Assembly: GCA_965214705.1 (NCBI GenBank)
Contig: CBDCCI010000002.1
Span: 672,001-736,000 of the forward strand
From: Alphaproteobacteria bacterium
GTDB taxonomy: Bacteria; Pseudomonadota; Alphaproteobacteria; UBA828
Direction of reading: 5' to 3'
DNA: 64,000 nt
The translations under genes and the position numbers were made by a program. The notes beneath the pieces are model-generated. The model was not told the origin of the DNA and did not search any database. It saw only the letters and a list, made by a program, of their open reading frames with translations. This document shows, in pieces, positions 1 to 10,220 of this stretch (positions are counted from its first letter, which is position 1; the number at the start of each line of letters is the position of its first letter).

Positions 1-561
1 ATGAATGTTCCGGCGGTCGGCATTATCCATGCGGGCTCCGGCTCGCTAACAAGGAGGAGCGGAGAAGGGAGAACGCAGGGTCCGATCCTGCCTTGCCGGT
101 GCCCCCGCCGATAAGCATCGCAAACGGACGGCATCGGAAAATGCAACTGGACGCAAGGGACCGCGTTCCCACCTGACTCGTGAAGAGTATCGCCTGCGGG
201 CGCGCCCCTGCGGAGACACGGAACCATCTGGAGATGTGCGCACGAAACCCAGGCAGCCGGAAGACGGAACGCAACCCCGGCCGGCCACGCCGGGCCCGGT
301 TCCGCGGTCCGCCGCCGGATCCCGGCAGCGGGTTCCGGGGCACGGCTCTGGCCTCGATGACAACGCCGCGCACGAAGAGCCGTGCGCGGCGTTCTGCTTT
401 CCGGAGCGCCGCCGGCGCGCTCATTCCCGTCTCGATATCGGCCTGCCGGACGCGGACGCCGCCGATCTGGCGCCCTAGCTGGCGTGCGAGGCCGAGAAAG
501 CGCGGAACGACAATGATTTGCGCCGGGATCGGGGTGGCGCAAGGCGTGAGGCGTCAGTGCC

Positions 562-592
562 GTTTTGTGCGCGATAGCTTTTGCTATCGCGC
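562..592 (+). repeat. Candidate recombination site A (lox-like palindrome GTGCGCGATAGC-TTTT-GCTATCGCGCAC at 567-594)
   Basis: Perfect 12-bp arms; 30/31 identical to the reverse complement of 1933-1963, which lies on the other side of the Cre-like gene. Confidence 0.8.
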
Positions 593-605
593 ACTATCTT
601 GTCAA
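576..605 (-). promoter_or_regulatory. Putative outward-facing sigma70 promoter inside the candidate invertible segment
   Basis: Perfect TTGACA on - strand at 605-600; weak -10 (AAAGCT, 18-bp spacer) falls inside site A. Confidence 0.4.
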
Positions 606-905
606 TAGGAAGCTGCTCCACGCCGATTTCCCGCAGCAGCCACACGGCGCGAGATTCCGCTGCCGCCGGACATCAAGCCATTGCGTTGCATGGGTTTTCG
701 GAGGATGGAACAAAGCCGTACGGACGGCGGAGCCAGGATTCAGGGTCCGCTGACCCCGTCCAACTTTACGCTCGATAGCATTTTCTGAACTTGCGCCCAA
801 TCGGCGCTCGCGGCCCGCTCTCGACCGCCTTCTTGCAGTCGCGGACAACACTGACCGTCGCGCTATCATAGCTCGACGGCCGCCTCGGCACACCTCCGGC
901 GCGGT

Positions 906-1889
906 TCAGGTCCGCCCCTGAATCTTCGCCAACTGCGCCGCGCCGCTGCGCCGCGCGAGCAGACGCTCGCCGTAGCGGCTGACCATCAGGGTGCACTTCC
1001 ACCGCCCGGCGTGGAGGATCGCCGGCAACTCGATGCCGGCGGCGACCATGTCCTGAGCCGCGCCCACCCGCGCGCTGTGCCCCGACAGGCCGTTCACCAC
1101 CGTTTCCGGCAGGCCGGCCTCGCGCGCCATCGCCTTGAAGATGCGCGCCACCTCGCAGGGATTCAGCCGCTCGCCGATCCGCCCAGCCTTGCCCACCGAG
1201 CGGAACAGCATTCCCTCCCCAATCCCGGCGCGGTCGAGCCAAACGCGCACCAGCTCGATGGTGTCCGGACCGACCCAGACGACCTCGCCCACACCCTCGC
1301 AATCGGTCTTGGACCGGCGCACCAGCAGGCTGCCGTCGCCCTGCAGTTCCTCCATCAGATCAGAGACTTGCAGGGACACCAGTTCCGACCGGCGGAGCAT
1401 CGCGTCGTAGGCCACGGCGAGCAGCGCGCGGTTGCGGTCATCGATCAATCGGTCGCCCGCGGCCTCCATCAGGCGCTGGTGCAGCGGCCATGTCAGTCCC
1501 GTCGCCTGGCCCTGGCGGCGTCCCTTGCGCCGGTACATCCGCTTGAGCGCGAGCCGCACGAGCGGGCTCTTCACCGTCTTCTCCAGACCCAGGGCCCGGT
1601 GGGCGATGCCGATGCTGGTGATATAGCGCCTCACCGAGGCCGGTGCCCGGACCTCGCCCATGGCATCGACGAAGGCCGCGACTGTCTCCGGCTCCGCCGG
1701 CAGCGCCCTTTCCCCCCGTTCGTCACACCACCGGGCATAGATGGCGAGATCGGACTTCAGGGCTCGCTCCGTGTGGCTGCTGAACGCGCCGCACGCCGCC
1801 CGCACGAAGTGCCCGAGCTCGTCCGCAAGCGCCTGTTCCCGGTCCGGTGCCGCCTCCTCCCAGGTGTTGAACGGGGATTCCAAAAACAT
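906..1889 (-). CDS. Cre-like tyrosine recombinase (SAM-like N-domain + integrase catalytic domain)
   Basis: DDRNRALL..MLRRSE (R), SKTD (K), GHSARVG (HxxR), GRW, VSRYG (Y); ATG 1889 preceded by GGAGG; ORF is open to 1916. Confidence 0.9.
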   Translation of the reverse strand: MFLESPFNTWEEAAPDREQALADELGHFVRAACGAFSSHTERALKSDLAIYARWCDERGERALPAEPETVAAFVDAMGEVRAPASVRRYITSIGIAHRALGLEKTVKSPLVRLALKRMYRRKGRRQGQATGLTWPLHQRLMEAAGDRLIDDRNRALLAVAYDAMLRRSELVSLQVSDLMEELQGDGSLLVRRSKTDCEGVGEVVWVGPDTIELVRVWLDRAGIGEGMLFRSVGKAGRIGERLNPCEVARIFKAMAREAGLPETVVNGLSGHSARVGAAQDMVAAGIELPAILHAGRWKCTLMVSRYGERLLARRSGAAQLAKIQGRT

Positions 1890-1932
1890 ACACGGGCCTC
1901 CAGACCATCCGCACACAAGGGCCCCGGATTAC

Positions 1933-1963
1933 GCGCGATATCAAAAGCTATCGCGCACAAAAC
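1933..1963 (-). repeat. Candidate recombination site B (inverted copy of site A)
   Basis: GCGCGATATCAAAAGCTATCGCGCACAAAAC = reverse complement of 562-592 with one mismatch. Confidence 0.8.
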
Positions 1964-2394
1964 CGAAGGCGGAGGCGTATGGATCCGGCCCTGCCGAGTG
2001 GATTGACAGTCGTCAGCCCTGCGTCAGCGGAGCGCGCCTGCGCGCGGACGCCGGTCGCGGGGCGGCCCTTCTCGGACCGGACGGCCCGTGCGGCGCGCGG
2101 TTGATGCCATTGGGGGGGGGGCGGACTTCGCCACATGCCGGGGAACGGTGCGCGGAAGCACGATTTCCGCCTTGCGCCGAATTCCGCCGCCCGCCGTCGG
2201 CCCGGGGTGGATGACGGTTCGTATCCCATCGTCGTCACCAACTCGAAGGGCGCCGTGGCGTCCCCGGACACGTTCGAGGTGACGACGGCGGGACGCGCGC
2301 GCCGGCGGCGAGACCGGCTCGGGATGAACGCGCTGCGCGGGGACGGAAACGCGTGCCGCGGCGGCCTGCGAACGACTAATCACGGTCATGGGGA

Positions 2395-5300
2395 GTGATG
2401 GCAATGCGAACGATTACAGCTGATCTGGGCGCGTTGCGCTCTCCCGCATTGCTCCGCGCCGCGTTCGCCGCCGCCGCGCTCGTCCTCCTTGCGCTCGGCG
2501 CCGGGGCGGCGCAGGCGCAGAGCCCGGTCAAGCTGGTCGGCAATACCGGGCAGACGGTGTCCGGCGACCACACCGTCGGCAAGCCTTCCGGCCTCCACGA
2601 GATCTGGGCGCTGGCACAAGTCTTCACGACCGGCCCCAACGCCGGGGGCTACACGCTCTCTTCGGTCGATGTGCGGCTGGGGTCGGTGCCCGCGGGCGTC
2701 AGCCCGCGGGTGAGCATCCACAGCGCGCCCTTCGGCGGTGGGGGCGTCCGCCTTCATGAGCTGACCAACCCGGCCTCAATCAGGGCGAACGCGGTCAACA
2801 CGTTCACCGCGGCCTCGGGCGCGACGCTCGACGCCAATACGACCTACGCGGTGGTGCTGGAGACACGCCGCGCCGGCGCTCGCTATACGGTCAAGGGAAC
2901 CGCCAGCAGCGCTCAGGACTCGGGCGCGGCGGGTGGATGGAGCATCGCCGACACGCACCGCCAAAACGACAGGCTGTCGTACACCGTCGGATGGGCCCCG
3001 GCCGACCAGGCCCTGATGATCGCGATCAACGGCAGCCCGGGGACGCGCCCCCCGACGCCCCCGCCTCCCCCGCCCGTTTCCTCGGCCGTCACGGTGAGCA
3101 ACCTCGGGCAGACGACCGGAAGCACGTTCTCTTTCAGTTTCGACCTTGCCTCGTCGTTCACCACGGGCAGCGAGAGCTCGGGCTACCTGCTGACCCGCCT
3201 CGACATCCACATGAACAACGTGACGGGGACGCCGGGCTACAGCGTGAGCATCTGGTCGGACTCGTCCGACTTCCCGGGCAGCAGCGTGGGCACGCTGACC
3301 AAACCGGCCTCCCTGAGCGCCGGGCTCAACTCCTTCACGGCTTCGGGCAACGGCATCAAGCTGAACCCCGGGACGAAGTACTGGGTGGTGTTCGACGCCC
3401 AGACCGCGGGCATTACCTCCCGCTCGCTAACGAGTTCGAACGGAGAGGACAGCGGCGCCGCGGCGGGCTGGAGCATCGGGGACAGCTCCCGGGGCCGGAG
3501 TACCGCCCAAAGCACCTGGGGCGCCACTCCTTCCACCCAGCATTTGAGGTTCGCCGTCCACGCCAAGGTGGCGCCCCTCGTGGTGTCGAATGCTCCCTTT
3601 ACCGTCACGGCGGGTCCGCAGGACGTCTACATTCACCTCACCAAGGACATCAGCACCGGTTCCACAGGCAGCCACCCGATGTCGGGCAACCGCTGCCCGG
3701 CGAGCCAGGCCTTCACCCTCAAGGTGAACGGCGTCGCGTCCGGGTCGTGGGCCACCAGGGGTGTCACGGGAGGTCCTACAGGCGGCAACGGCCTGGACGG
3801 CTGGCGGGCCAAGTGCACCGCCCGGCAGATTCACCTGGAGCTGTGGAACGGCCCCGGCTACTACGAGATTCCCGCGGGGAGCACGGTCACCCTGAGCTAC
3901 GACCCGAACCTGGTCTGGACGGGGCCGGAGCGCGGGCGGATCTTCTACACCGACGGCACCGTGATGCCCGCCTTCACCGACAAGGCGGTGCAGAACAACA
4001 CGCCGCATCTGAAGTGGGCGTCGGTGAACGGGACGGACCTGCTCGCGTATTTCGGGTACAGCCTGGCCACGTGGTCGGTGCCGGCGCCCTCGGCGTTCAC
4101 CGTGACGGTGAACGGCACCCGGCGCAACGTCGTCGCGGGCGGCATCAGCTTCTTCGGCAACCACAACGGGGGGGTGAAGCTCGTCCTGGAGTCGGCGGTG
4201 GAGTACGGCGACACGGTCACGTTCGCCTATGACGCGCCGTCGGCCAATCCGCTGCGGGGCACCCGGGGCAACCCGGTCGTGCCGGACCTCACCGTCAGGA
4301 ACGTGAGGAACGACACGCCGGCGCCGGTGGCGCCGCCGCCGCCGACCACCACCGGCTTGGTGAGCAATACCGGGCAGGCGGATGGCGGGGGAACAGGGTT
4401 GTCGCTAATCTGGAATTATTCGCAGGGGTTCACCACGGGCAGCAATGCCGCAGGGTACAAGCTGACCCAGGTGCGCACGGCACTTGATAACACGACCAAC
4501 GGCCAGTCGTCAGCGGCCGTGAGTGTGAGCATCCGGTCGGACTCATCTGGCTCGCCCGGCAGCAGCCTGGGGGCGTTGACCAAACCGGCCAATTTGAGTG
4601 GGCGAGGGACGTACGACACATACACCGCAACTGGCGATGGCATCGACCTAGCGGCCAACACGAAGTACTACGTGCAGGTGGAGAGTCAGAGCGGCGCTCT
4701 CATTGGTAGATGGCGCCAAACTCAATCGACCGACGAGGATTCAGGTGCGGCCGCGGGCTGGTCCATTGCCGACCAACTGCACTTTCGAGTATCAAGCGCT
4801 AACCAGTGGTCACCTATCAGCGTTTTGTTGAAGCTCGCCATCCAGGGCTACGCCAAGTCGGGCGGCGCGGGCGGCGCCTCCGGCAACTCCGGCCCCTCGC
4901 CCACGAGCTCGCAGGTGTCCGGCACCCAGCTCAAGATGACCTTCGACGCGACGCTCTCCCAGGGCTTGGCGCCGCCGGGGGGCAGCTTCAAGGTGACGGT
5001 GGGACCGGGGCCGCAGGGCGGCGCGCGCGGCATCGGCGGCGCGGGCGCGAACGGCGGCGGGTTCGGCGGCGGATTCGGGACCGGCGCGCAGGCGACCTCC
5101 GGCGGCCGCACGACCGACATCCCGGGCACGGGCACGGTGACCGTCGACGGCGCGGACGTGACGGTGACGCTCGCCCGGGCGGTGCCGCCCGGCTCCACGG
5201 TGACGGTGGCCTACACCCCGCCCGACGAGGACGAGAATGCGCTGCGCGACCTCGAGGGCGCGAAGGTGGAGGAGTTCTCAGGGGCGCCGGTGGCGCACGG

Positions 5301-8300
5301 CGCGCAGGCGGCCAACCGGGCGCCGGTGGTGGACGAGGGGTCGCGGCATTACGCGTCCTTCACCGCGTCGGGCAACGCGCCGCGGGGCGTGCTGGTGACC
5401 AAGGACTTCGAGGGCATCTTCAGCGACCCGGACGGCGATGAGCTGACCTACACCGTGGCGCTCTCCGACTCGGGCCAGGCGGCGCTGGTGGAGACGCTCC
5501 ACGTCCTCACGGCCGAGGAGCTGGCGTCAAGCCCGCATCCGGACGTGGTCGCGCACCTGGTGTGGTTCCGCGCCGACACGGAGGCCGACTGGGACGCCAT
5601 GACCCCGGCGGTGCCGGACCCGGTCGAGATTCGGGCGACGGTGACGGCGACCGACCCCGACGGCCTCTCGGCCTCGGTGGAAGGCGTGTTCCAGACGCAT
5701 TGGGGGCCGCCCAGGGTCAAATCCGTGGCGGTGGCCTCGAACGCAGGCGACGACGACACCTACGCGCTCGACGACACCATCCGGATAGCGGTGACGTTCG
5801 ACGATCCGGTGGCGGTGGACACGTCCGGCGGCACGCCGCGCCTTGCCATCGACATGGACCCGGCGGACTGGGGCGCGAAGTGGGCGTCCTATGCGAGCGG
5901 CAGCGGCACCCGCGAGCTCGTGTTCGCCCACGAGGTGGTGGAGCCGAACTACTCGGCGCAGGGCATCGCGGTGCTCGCGGACTCGCTGGAGCTGAACGGC
6001 GGCGGGATCCACCTGGCCTCGGCACACCTGCGTTCGGTGACGGACGGGACGGCCGCGGCGCTCGGGCATGCGGGGCTCGGGCACGACCCGAAGCACAAGG
6101 TGGACTGGGGGCTCGCGCCGGAGCCGGAGCCGGCGCCGCCGGCGGCCGCGCCGGAAGCGACCGGCGTCGCGGTGGTCTCGGACGCAGGGAGCGACGACAC
6201 CTACGGGATGGGCGACGTGATCCGCGTGGCGGTGACGTTCGACGCGGCCGTCACGGTCACGGGCACGCCGGGAATCAGCATCGACATGGACCCGGCGGCG
6301 TGGGGCGAGAAGCGGGCGGCCTACGAGAGCGGCTCGGGGACGGCGACGCTCACCTTCGCCCACACGGTGGTGGAGCCCAACTACTCGACGCAGGGGATCG
6401 CGGTGGTGGCGGACTCGCTGGCGCTCGACGGCGGGACGATCCGCACGGCCTCGGGCGCGGACGCGGCGCTCGCCCATGCGGGCCTCGGGCACGATGCCAG
6501 TCACAAGGTGGACTGGCGGCCCGAGCTCTCGGTGGCGGACGCGGAGGCCAACGAGGGCGCGGACGCGACGGTGGATTTCCAGGTCAGCCTGAGCCGGGCC
6601 TTCGCCAACGCCGAGCACTCGGTGACGGTGGACTACGCGACGGCGGACGGCACGGCGACGGCGGGCGAGGACTATACGGCCACGTCCGGCACGCTCACCT
6701 TCGCGGCGGGCGAGACGGAGAAGACGGTCTCGGTGCCGGTCCTGGACGACGCCCTCGACGAGGGCGAGGAGACGCTCACGCTGAGATTGTCGAACGCGCA
6801 GGGCGCGCGGATCGGCGACGGCGAGGCGACGGGGACGATCAAGAACTCGGACCCGCTGCAGAAGATGTGGCTGTCGCGCTTCGGGCGCACGGTGGCGGAC
6901 CATGTGACGGGGGCGGTTGCCGACCGTCTCTCGAACCCGCTCACGGGCGCGCAGGTGACGGTGGGCGGGCAGACCGTGAACCTCGCGGAGGTCGGCGACG
7001 AGGCGCGGCTGGGCGAGACGCTGACCGCGCTCGCGCGGGCGTTCGGCGCCCCGTCGGATGCGGGGCAGGCTGAAGGATCGGGTCCGGGCCATGCCGGGTC
7101 AGCCCCCGGACCAGGGTCCGGGGCAGGCTCCTGGCCGGGCGCGGGTCTGGGCCTGGGTGACACCCCGACGCTCGACGGCACGACCACGCGCAAGATCGCG
7201 GGCCGCGAGCTGCTGCTCGGCAGCGCGTTCCACCTCGCCAGGGAGGGCGACGGCGGCCGACCGGGCCTTGCGGCCTGGGGCCGGGTGACGGTGGGCGGCT
7301 TCGACGGCGAGGCGCCGGCCGATGACGGCAACGTCCGCATCGACGGCAACGTGACCACCGGCATCCTCGGCGCGGACGCCGAGTGGGGGCGCATGCTGGC
7401 CGGCGTCGCGGTGTCGGTGAGCGAGGGCGAGGGCACGTTCGACCAGCCGGGCGTGGATACGGGCACGGTCGAGAGCACGATGACCACGGTGAGTCCCTAT
7501 GCGCGGGTGAGCCTGAGCGAGCGGGTCTCGGTCTGGGGCCTTGCGGGCTACGGCACCGGCGACATGACGATCGTGCAGAAGGCCAACGAGGCGACCGGCC
7601 AGCCCGAGCGGATCACCCGCACCGATCTCTCGATGCGCCTCGCGGCGCTGGGCGGCCGGGGCGCGCTGCTGACGGCGGACGCGAACGGCGGCTTCGAGCT
7701 GGCGCTGAAGGCGGACGGGTTCTTCGTCGAGACGACGTCGGAGGCGGTCTCGAACGAGGGCGACACCAGCGCCGATGCGAGCCGGGTGCGGCTTGCGCTG
7801 GAAGGCAGCCGCGCGTTCGAGATGGGCGGCGGCGTGCTGACGCCGGGCCTGGAGCTGGGTCTGCGCCATGACGGCGGGGACGCCGAGACCGGCACGGGCG
7901 TCGAGCTCGGCGGGCGGGTGTCGTACGCGGATCCGGAGACGGGCCTGAGCGTGGAGACGAGCGTCCGGGCTCTCATCGCGCACGAGGACTCGAACTACCG
8001 CGAGTGGGGCGCGTCGGGCGCGGTGCGCCTGGCTCCCGGCGAGCGGGGTCGCGGCCTGTCGTTCAGTCTCGCGCCCACCTACGGGGCGCCGGGGAGCGGC
8101 GTGGACCGTCTGTGGTCGGCGCGGGACGCGCGGGGGCTGGCGCCGAACGGCGCCGGCGACTTCCAGCCGGAGAGCCGGCTCGAGGGCGAGCTCGGCTACG
8201 GGCTGCCCCTGCTGGGCGACCGCTTCACCGGCACGCCCAATGTCGGCATCGGGCTCTTGGGCACCGGCGCGCGCGACTACCGCATCGGCTGGCGCCTGAC

Positions 8301-8430
8301 CTCGGCAATGCGGAACGATCCCGGGTTCGAGGTCAATCTCGACGCCATGCGCAGGGAGGCGGCGAACGGCAACGGCGCCGGCGTTGCGCCGGAGCACGGG
8401 GTGATGCTGCGCGCCACCATGCGCTGGTAG
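2395..8430 (+). CDS. Large modular autotransporter/adhesin (signal peptide, three VxNxGQ..FTTG modules, SwmB-like domains, two Ig-like repeats, Calx-beta, C-terminal beta-barrel)
   Basis: AQA signal peptide; Calx-beta VDYATADGTATAGEDY..GTLTFAAGETEKTVSVPVLDD; WLSRFGRTVA linker and barrel ending in W. Confidence 0.85.
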   Translation: MMAMRTITADLGALRSPALLRAAFAAAALVLLALGAGAAQAQSPVKLVGNTGQTVSGDHTVGKPSGLHEIWALAQVFTTGPNAGGYTLSSVDVRLGSVPAGVSPRVSIHSAPFGGGGVRLHELTNPASIRANAVNTFTAASGATLDANTTYAVVLETRRAGARYTVKGTASSAQDSGAAGGWSIADTHRQNDRLSYTVGWAPADQALMIAINGSPGTRPPTPPPPPPVSSAVTVSNLGQTTGSTFSFSFDLASSFTTGSESSGYLLTRLDIHMNNVTGTPGYSVSIWSDSSDFPGSSVGTLTKPASLSAGLNSFTASGNGIKLNPGTKYWVVFDAQTAGITSRSLTSSNGEDSGAAAGWSIGDSSRGRSTAQSTWGATPSTQHLRFAVHAKVAPLVVSNAPFTVTAGPQDVYIHLTKDISTGSTGSHPMSGNRCPASQAFTLKVNGVASGSWATRGVTGGPTGGNGLDGWRAKCTARQIHLELWNGPGYYEIPAGSTVTLSYDPNLVWTGPERGRIFYTDGTVMPAFTDKAVQNNTPHLKWASVNGTDLLAYFGYSLATWSVPAPSAFTVTVNGTRRNVVAGGISFFGNHNGGVKLVLESAVEYGDTVTFAYDAPSANPLRGTRGNPVVPDLTVRNVRNDTPAPVAPPPPTTTGLVSNTGQADGGGTGLSLIWNYSQGFTTGSNAAGYKLTQVRTALDNTTNGQSSAAVSVSIRSDSSGSPGSSLGALTKPANLSGRGTYDTYTATGDGIDLAANTKYYVQVESQSGALIGRWRQTQSTDEDSGAAAGWSIADQLHFRVSSANQWSPISVLLKLAIQGYAKSGGAGGASGNSGPSPTSSQVSGTQLKMTFDATLSQGLAPPGGSFKVTVGPGPQGGARGIGGAGANGGGFGGGFGTGAQATSGGRTTDIPGTGTVTVDGADVTVTLARAVPPGSTVTVAYTPPDEDENALRDLEGAKVEEFSGAPVAHGAQAANRAPVVDEGSRHYASFTASGNAPRGVLVTKDFEGIFSDPDGDELTYTVALSDSGQAALVETLHVLTAEELASSPHPDVVAHLVWFRADTEADWDAMTPAVPDPVEIRATVTATDPDGLSASVEGVFQTHWGPPRVKSVAVASNAGDDDTYALDDTIRIAVTFDDPVAVDTSGGTPRLAIDMDPADWGAKWASYASGSGTRELVFAHEVVEPNYSAQGIAVLADSLELNGGGIHLASAHLRSVTDGTAAALGHAGLGHDPKHKVDWGLAPEPEPAPPAAAPEATGVAVVSDAGSDDTYGMGDVIRVAVTFDAAVTVTGTPGISIDMDPAAWGEKRAAYESGSGTATLTFAHTVVEPNYSTQGIAVVADSLALDGGTIRTASGADAALAHAGLGHDASHKVDWRPELSVADAEANEGADATVDFQVSLSRAFANAEHSVTVDYATADGTATAGEDYTATSGTLTFAAGETEKTVSVPVLDDALDEGEETLTLRLSNAQGARIGDGEATGTIKNSDPLQKMWLSRFGRTVADHVTGAVADRLSNPLTGAQVTVGGQTVNLAEVGDEARLGETLTALARAFGAPSDAGQAEGSGPGHAGSAPGPGSGAGSWPGAGLGLGDTPTLDGTTTRKIAGRELLLGSAFHLAREGDGGRPGLAAWGRVTVGGFDGEAPADDGNVRIDGNVTTGILGADAEWGRMLAGVAVSVSEGEGTFDQPGVDTGTVESTMTTVSPYARVSLSERVSVWGLAGYGTGDMTIVQKANEATGQPERITRTDLSMRLAALGGRGALLTADANGGFELALKADGFFVETTSEAVSNEGDTSADASRVRLALEGSRAFEMGGGVLTPGLELGLRHDGGDAETGTGVELGGRVSYADPETGLSVETSVRALIAHEDSNYREWGASGAVRLAPGERGRGLSFSLAPTYGAPGSGVDRLWSARDARGLAPNGAGDFQPESRLEGELGYGLPLLGDRFTGTPNVGIGLLGTGARDYRIGWRLTSAMRNDPGFEVNLDAMRREAANGNGAGVAPEHGVMLRATMRW

Positions 8431-8718
8431 CCGCCGGGCGGCTGCCGGGACGACGAGCCGATGCGGGGCCGCGGACCGGGGCGCGGCCCACGGCGCCCGG
8501 GCGCCGGCCTGCGTGTGTCGCGACCCCGGCCGTTGCGAAGCGGCGCATGGCGCGCCGCGCAGGGCGAATCCCCGATCATCTTCCAGAAGAACGTGCCGGC
8601 GTGGGGCAGACCTCCCCGGCCGGGCCTGCACTCCGCGCGCGCCGCGTCCCGAGTCCTCCATTGGAGGGCGGCGCGTGCGGAGCGCCATTCACTCGGGACG
8701 GGCAAGGAGGAGTGTTCC

Positions 8719-9440
8719 ATGAGCAGCACCGAAGCGGCGAGAGCCTGGAAATACCTGCGGCGCAACCCGGCCTATGTCGAGGCCCGGGGAACGGCGGCGG
8801 AGACCGCGGCGGAGGAGCCGGCGCCGTTCCCGCTGCGGGCGCAGACGGCGGCCGACCGCGAGGCGGCCGCGTGGGGCCTGCTGGCATGGGAGGACCCGCT
8901 CGGCGGGGCGGGGCCGGCATCGCCGTTCTGGAGCGACGCGCCGATGCTGGAGGCGGCGCCGTCGCCGGAGGCGCCCGCGCTCGCGGAGATGCTGGGCGCG
9001 CCGGGGGTGCGGCTGTCGGGGCTGCGCCTCGAGGACGGAACCGCGATCGTCAAGGTCGAGGACGGCGAGGGTACGGTGCAGATCCGGATCGCCGACGGTG
9101 CCGGGTTCGATCCGGCGGGCGGGATCGACCTTCGATTGCCGACGGTGCTGGATCTGCGGATGCGGCTGCACCGGGCTGCCGAGCTGTGGCCCGTCGGCGT
9201 CGTCGAGACCAAAAAAGACGCGGCCCGCGGATCCCGGACGTGGAGCTGCTGACGGCGCTCGACGGCAGGCTCGGCGGCAAGAGCCTGCGCCGGATCGCCG
9301 TCGACCTCTACGGCGAGGCGAGGGTGGCCGAGGAATGGCGGTCCGACAGCTCCATGCGCGGCCGCGTGCGCTGGCGTGTCAAGCAGGCGCTCAAGCTCAT
9401 GAACGGCGGTTATCGGACCTTGGTGAGCGGCGACTCATGA
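8719..9440 (+). CDS. DUF6499/DUF2285 (FseA/Msi172-171-like) transcriptional activator, split by a -1 frameshift at 9210-9217
   Basis: AWKYLRRNPAY..AWGL in frame of 8719; LLTALDGRLGGKSLRRIAVDLYG..LMNGGYRTL in -1 frame; AGGAGG RBS before ATG 8719. Confidence 0.75.
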
Positions 9441-9446
9441 TGCACC

Positions 9447-9790
9447 CTACATTCGCATGCTTCTGACCTGATACCGCCCCTTGCGCCTCCGGCGTGGGGC
9501 GGCCTCGCGGGCCTCCCTCCGCTCGATCTGGCGCCTGTGCAGCTCTCGCAGCTTCTCCGGGTCGTCGAGCAGGGCGGCGATGCGCTCCTCCCTCCGGCGC
9601 GGGTCGTCACCCTTGCGCTCGGGCACCAGGGCCTCCGCCATCTGGCGATCGTCATCGGCCAGCACCTTGCGCGCCCCCGTCGCAGCGGATCGGAGGCCGA
9701 GGAGCGTCAGGCCCCGGAGGTGGACGCCGTAGCGCATCCGGTCTGCCAGCACGAGTTCTGCGGCCTCCACCGCCCTCTCGGTGTCCCGCC
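9447..9790 (-). pseudogene. C-terminal remnant of a TraA-like relaxase
   Basis: Near-identical to the C-terminus of 28171-33024 (VLADRMRYG..KVLADDDRQMAEALVPERKGDDP..KGRYQVRSMRM). Confidence 0.85.
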
Positions 9791-9855
9791 GCCACGCCGC
9801 CTCGACGGCCTGCTCGTGCGCGGGCCGTACGTCCTCGTATGTCTTCGCTCGGGAG

Positions 9856-10035
9856 ACCTGGCGTCATAGCTTCGCCAGTGGCGGTCTGCTGGTGGGCGAA
9901 GGTCTGCCCATGATCGGCAAGCTGTTGGGCCACACGCAGGTCCAGACCACCGCCCGCTACGACCACCTCGCCAACGATCCCGTCAAGTCGGCCGCGAACC
10001 GCATCGCCAACCGGATCGCAGAAGTGGCGGGATGA
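9856..10035 (+). pseudogene. C-terminal remnant of a tyrosine integrase
   Basis: RHSFAS..MIGKLLGHTQVQTTARY, matching the C-terminus of the integrase at 40054-41232. Confidence 0.85.
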
Positions 10036-10193
10036 AGCTGGAAGGGAGAAGTGACCCCACGACAGGCCGCTACGATGTACTGAATGCCCAGCCGGGCAAG
10101 GACTGCCAAGCCTGGGCCACGTTATCGCCGACGCGTCGGTATACCGGTACACGTCGCTTTCCAGGGGAACCTTGCGGCTCCGGCTTTCCTTGT

Positions 10194-10211
10194 GGTAACA
10201 TTGAGGTTACC
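10194..10211. promoter_or_regulatory. Operator palindrome of TA operon (GGTAAC-N6-GTTACC)
   Basis: Inverted repeat 10 bp upstream of the toxin ATG. Confidence 0.55.
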
Positions 10212-10220
10212 TAGACAGTA

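Noticed and set aside
1-560. ORFs left of the candidate inverton
   Set aside because: Arg/Pro-rich translations with no recognisable motif; a real gene may start outside the window
2395-8430. Diversity-generating retroelement target or CRISPR-like repeats
   Set aside because: No reverse transcriptase or TR/VR pair; the repeats are protein-domain duplications; no regularly spaced repeat array seen in the window
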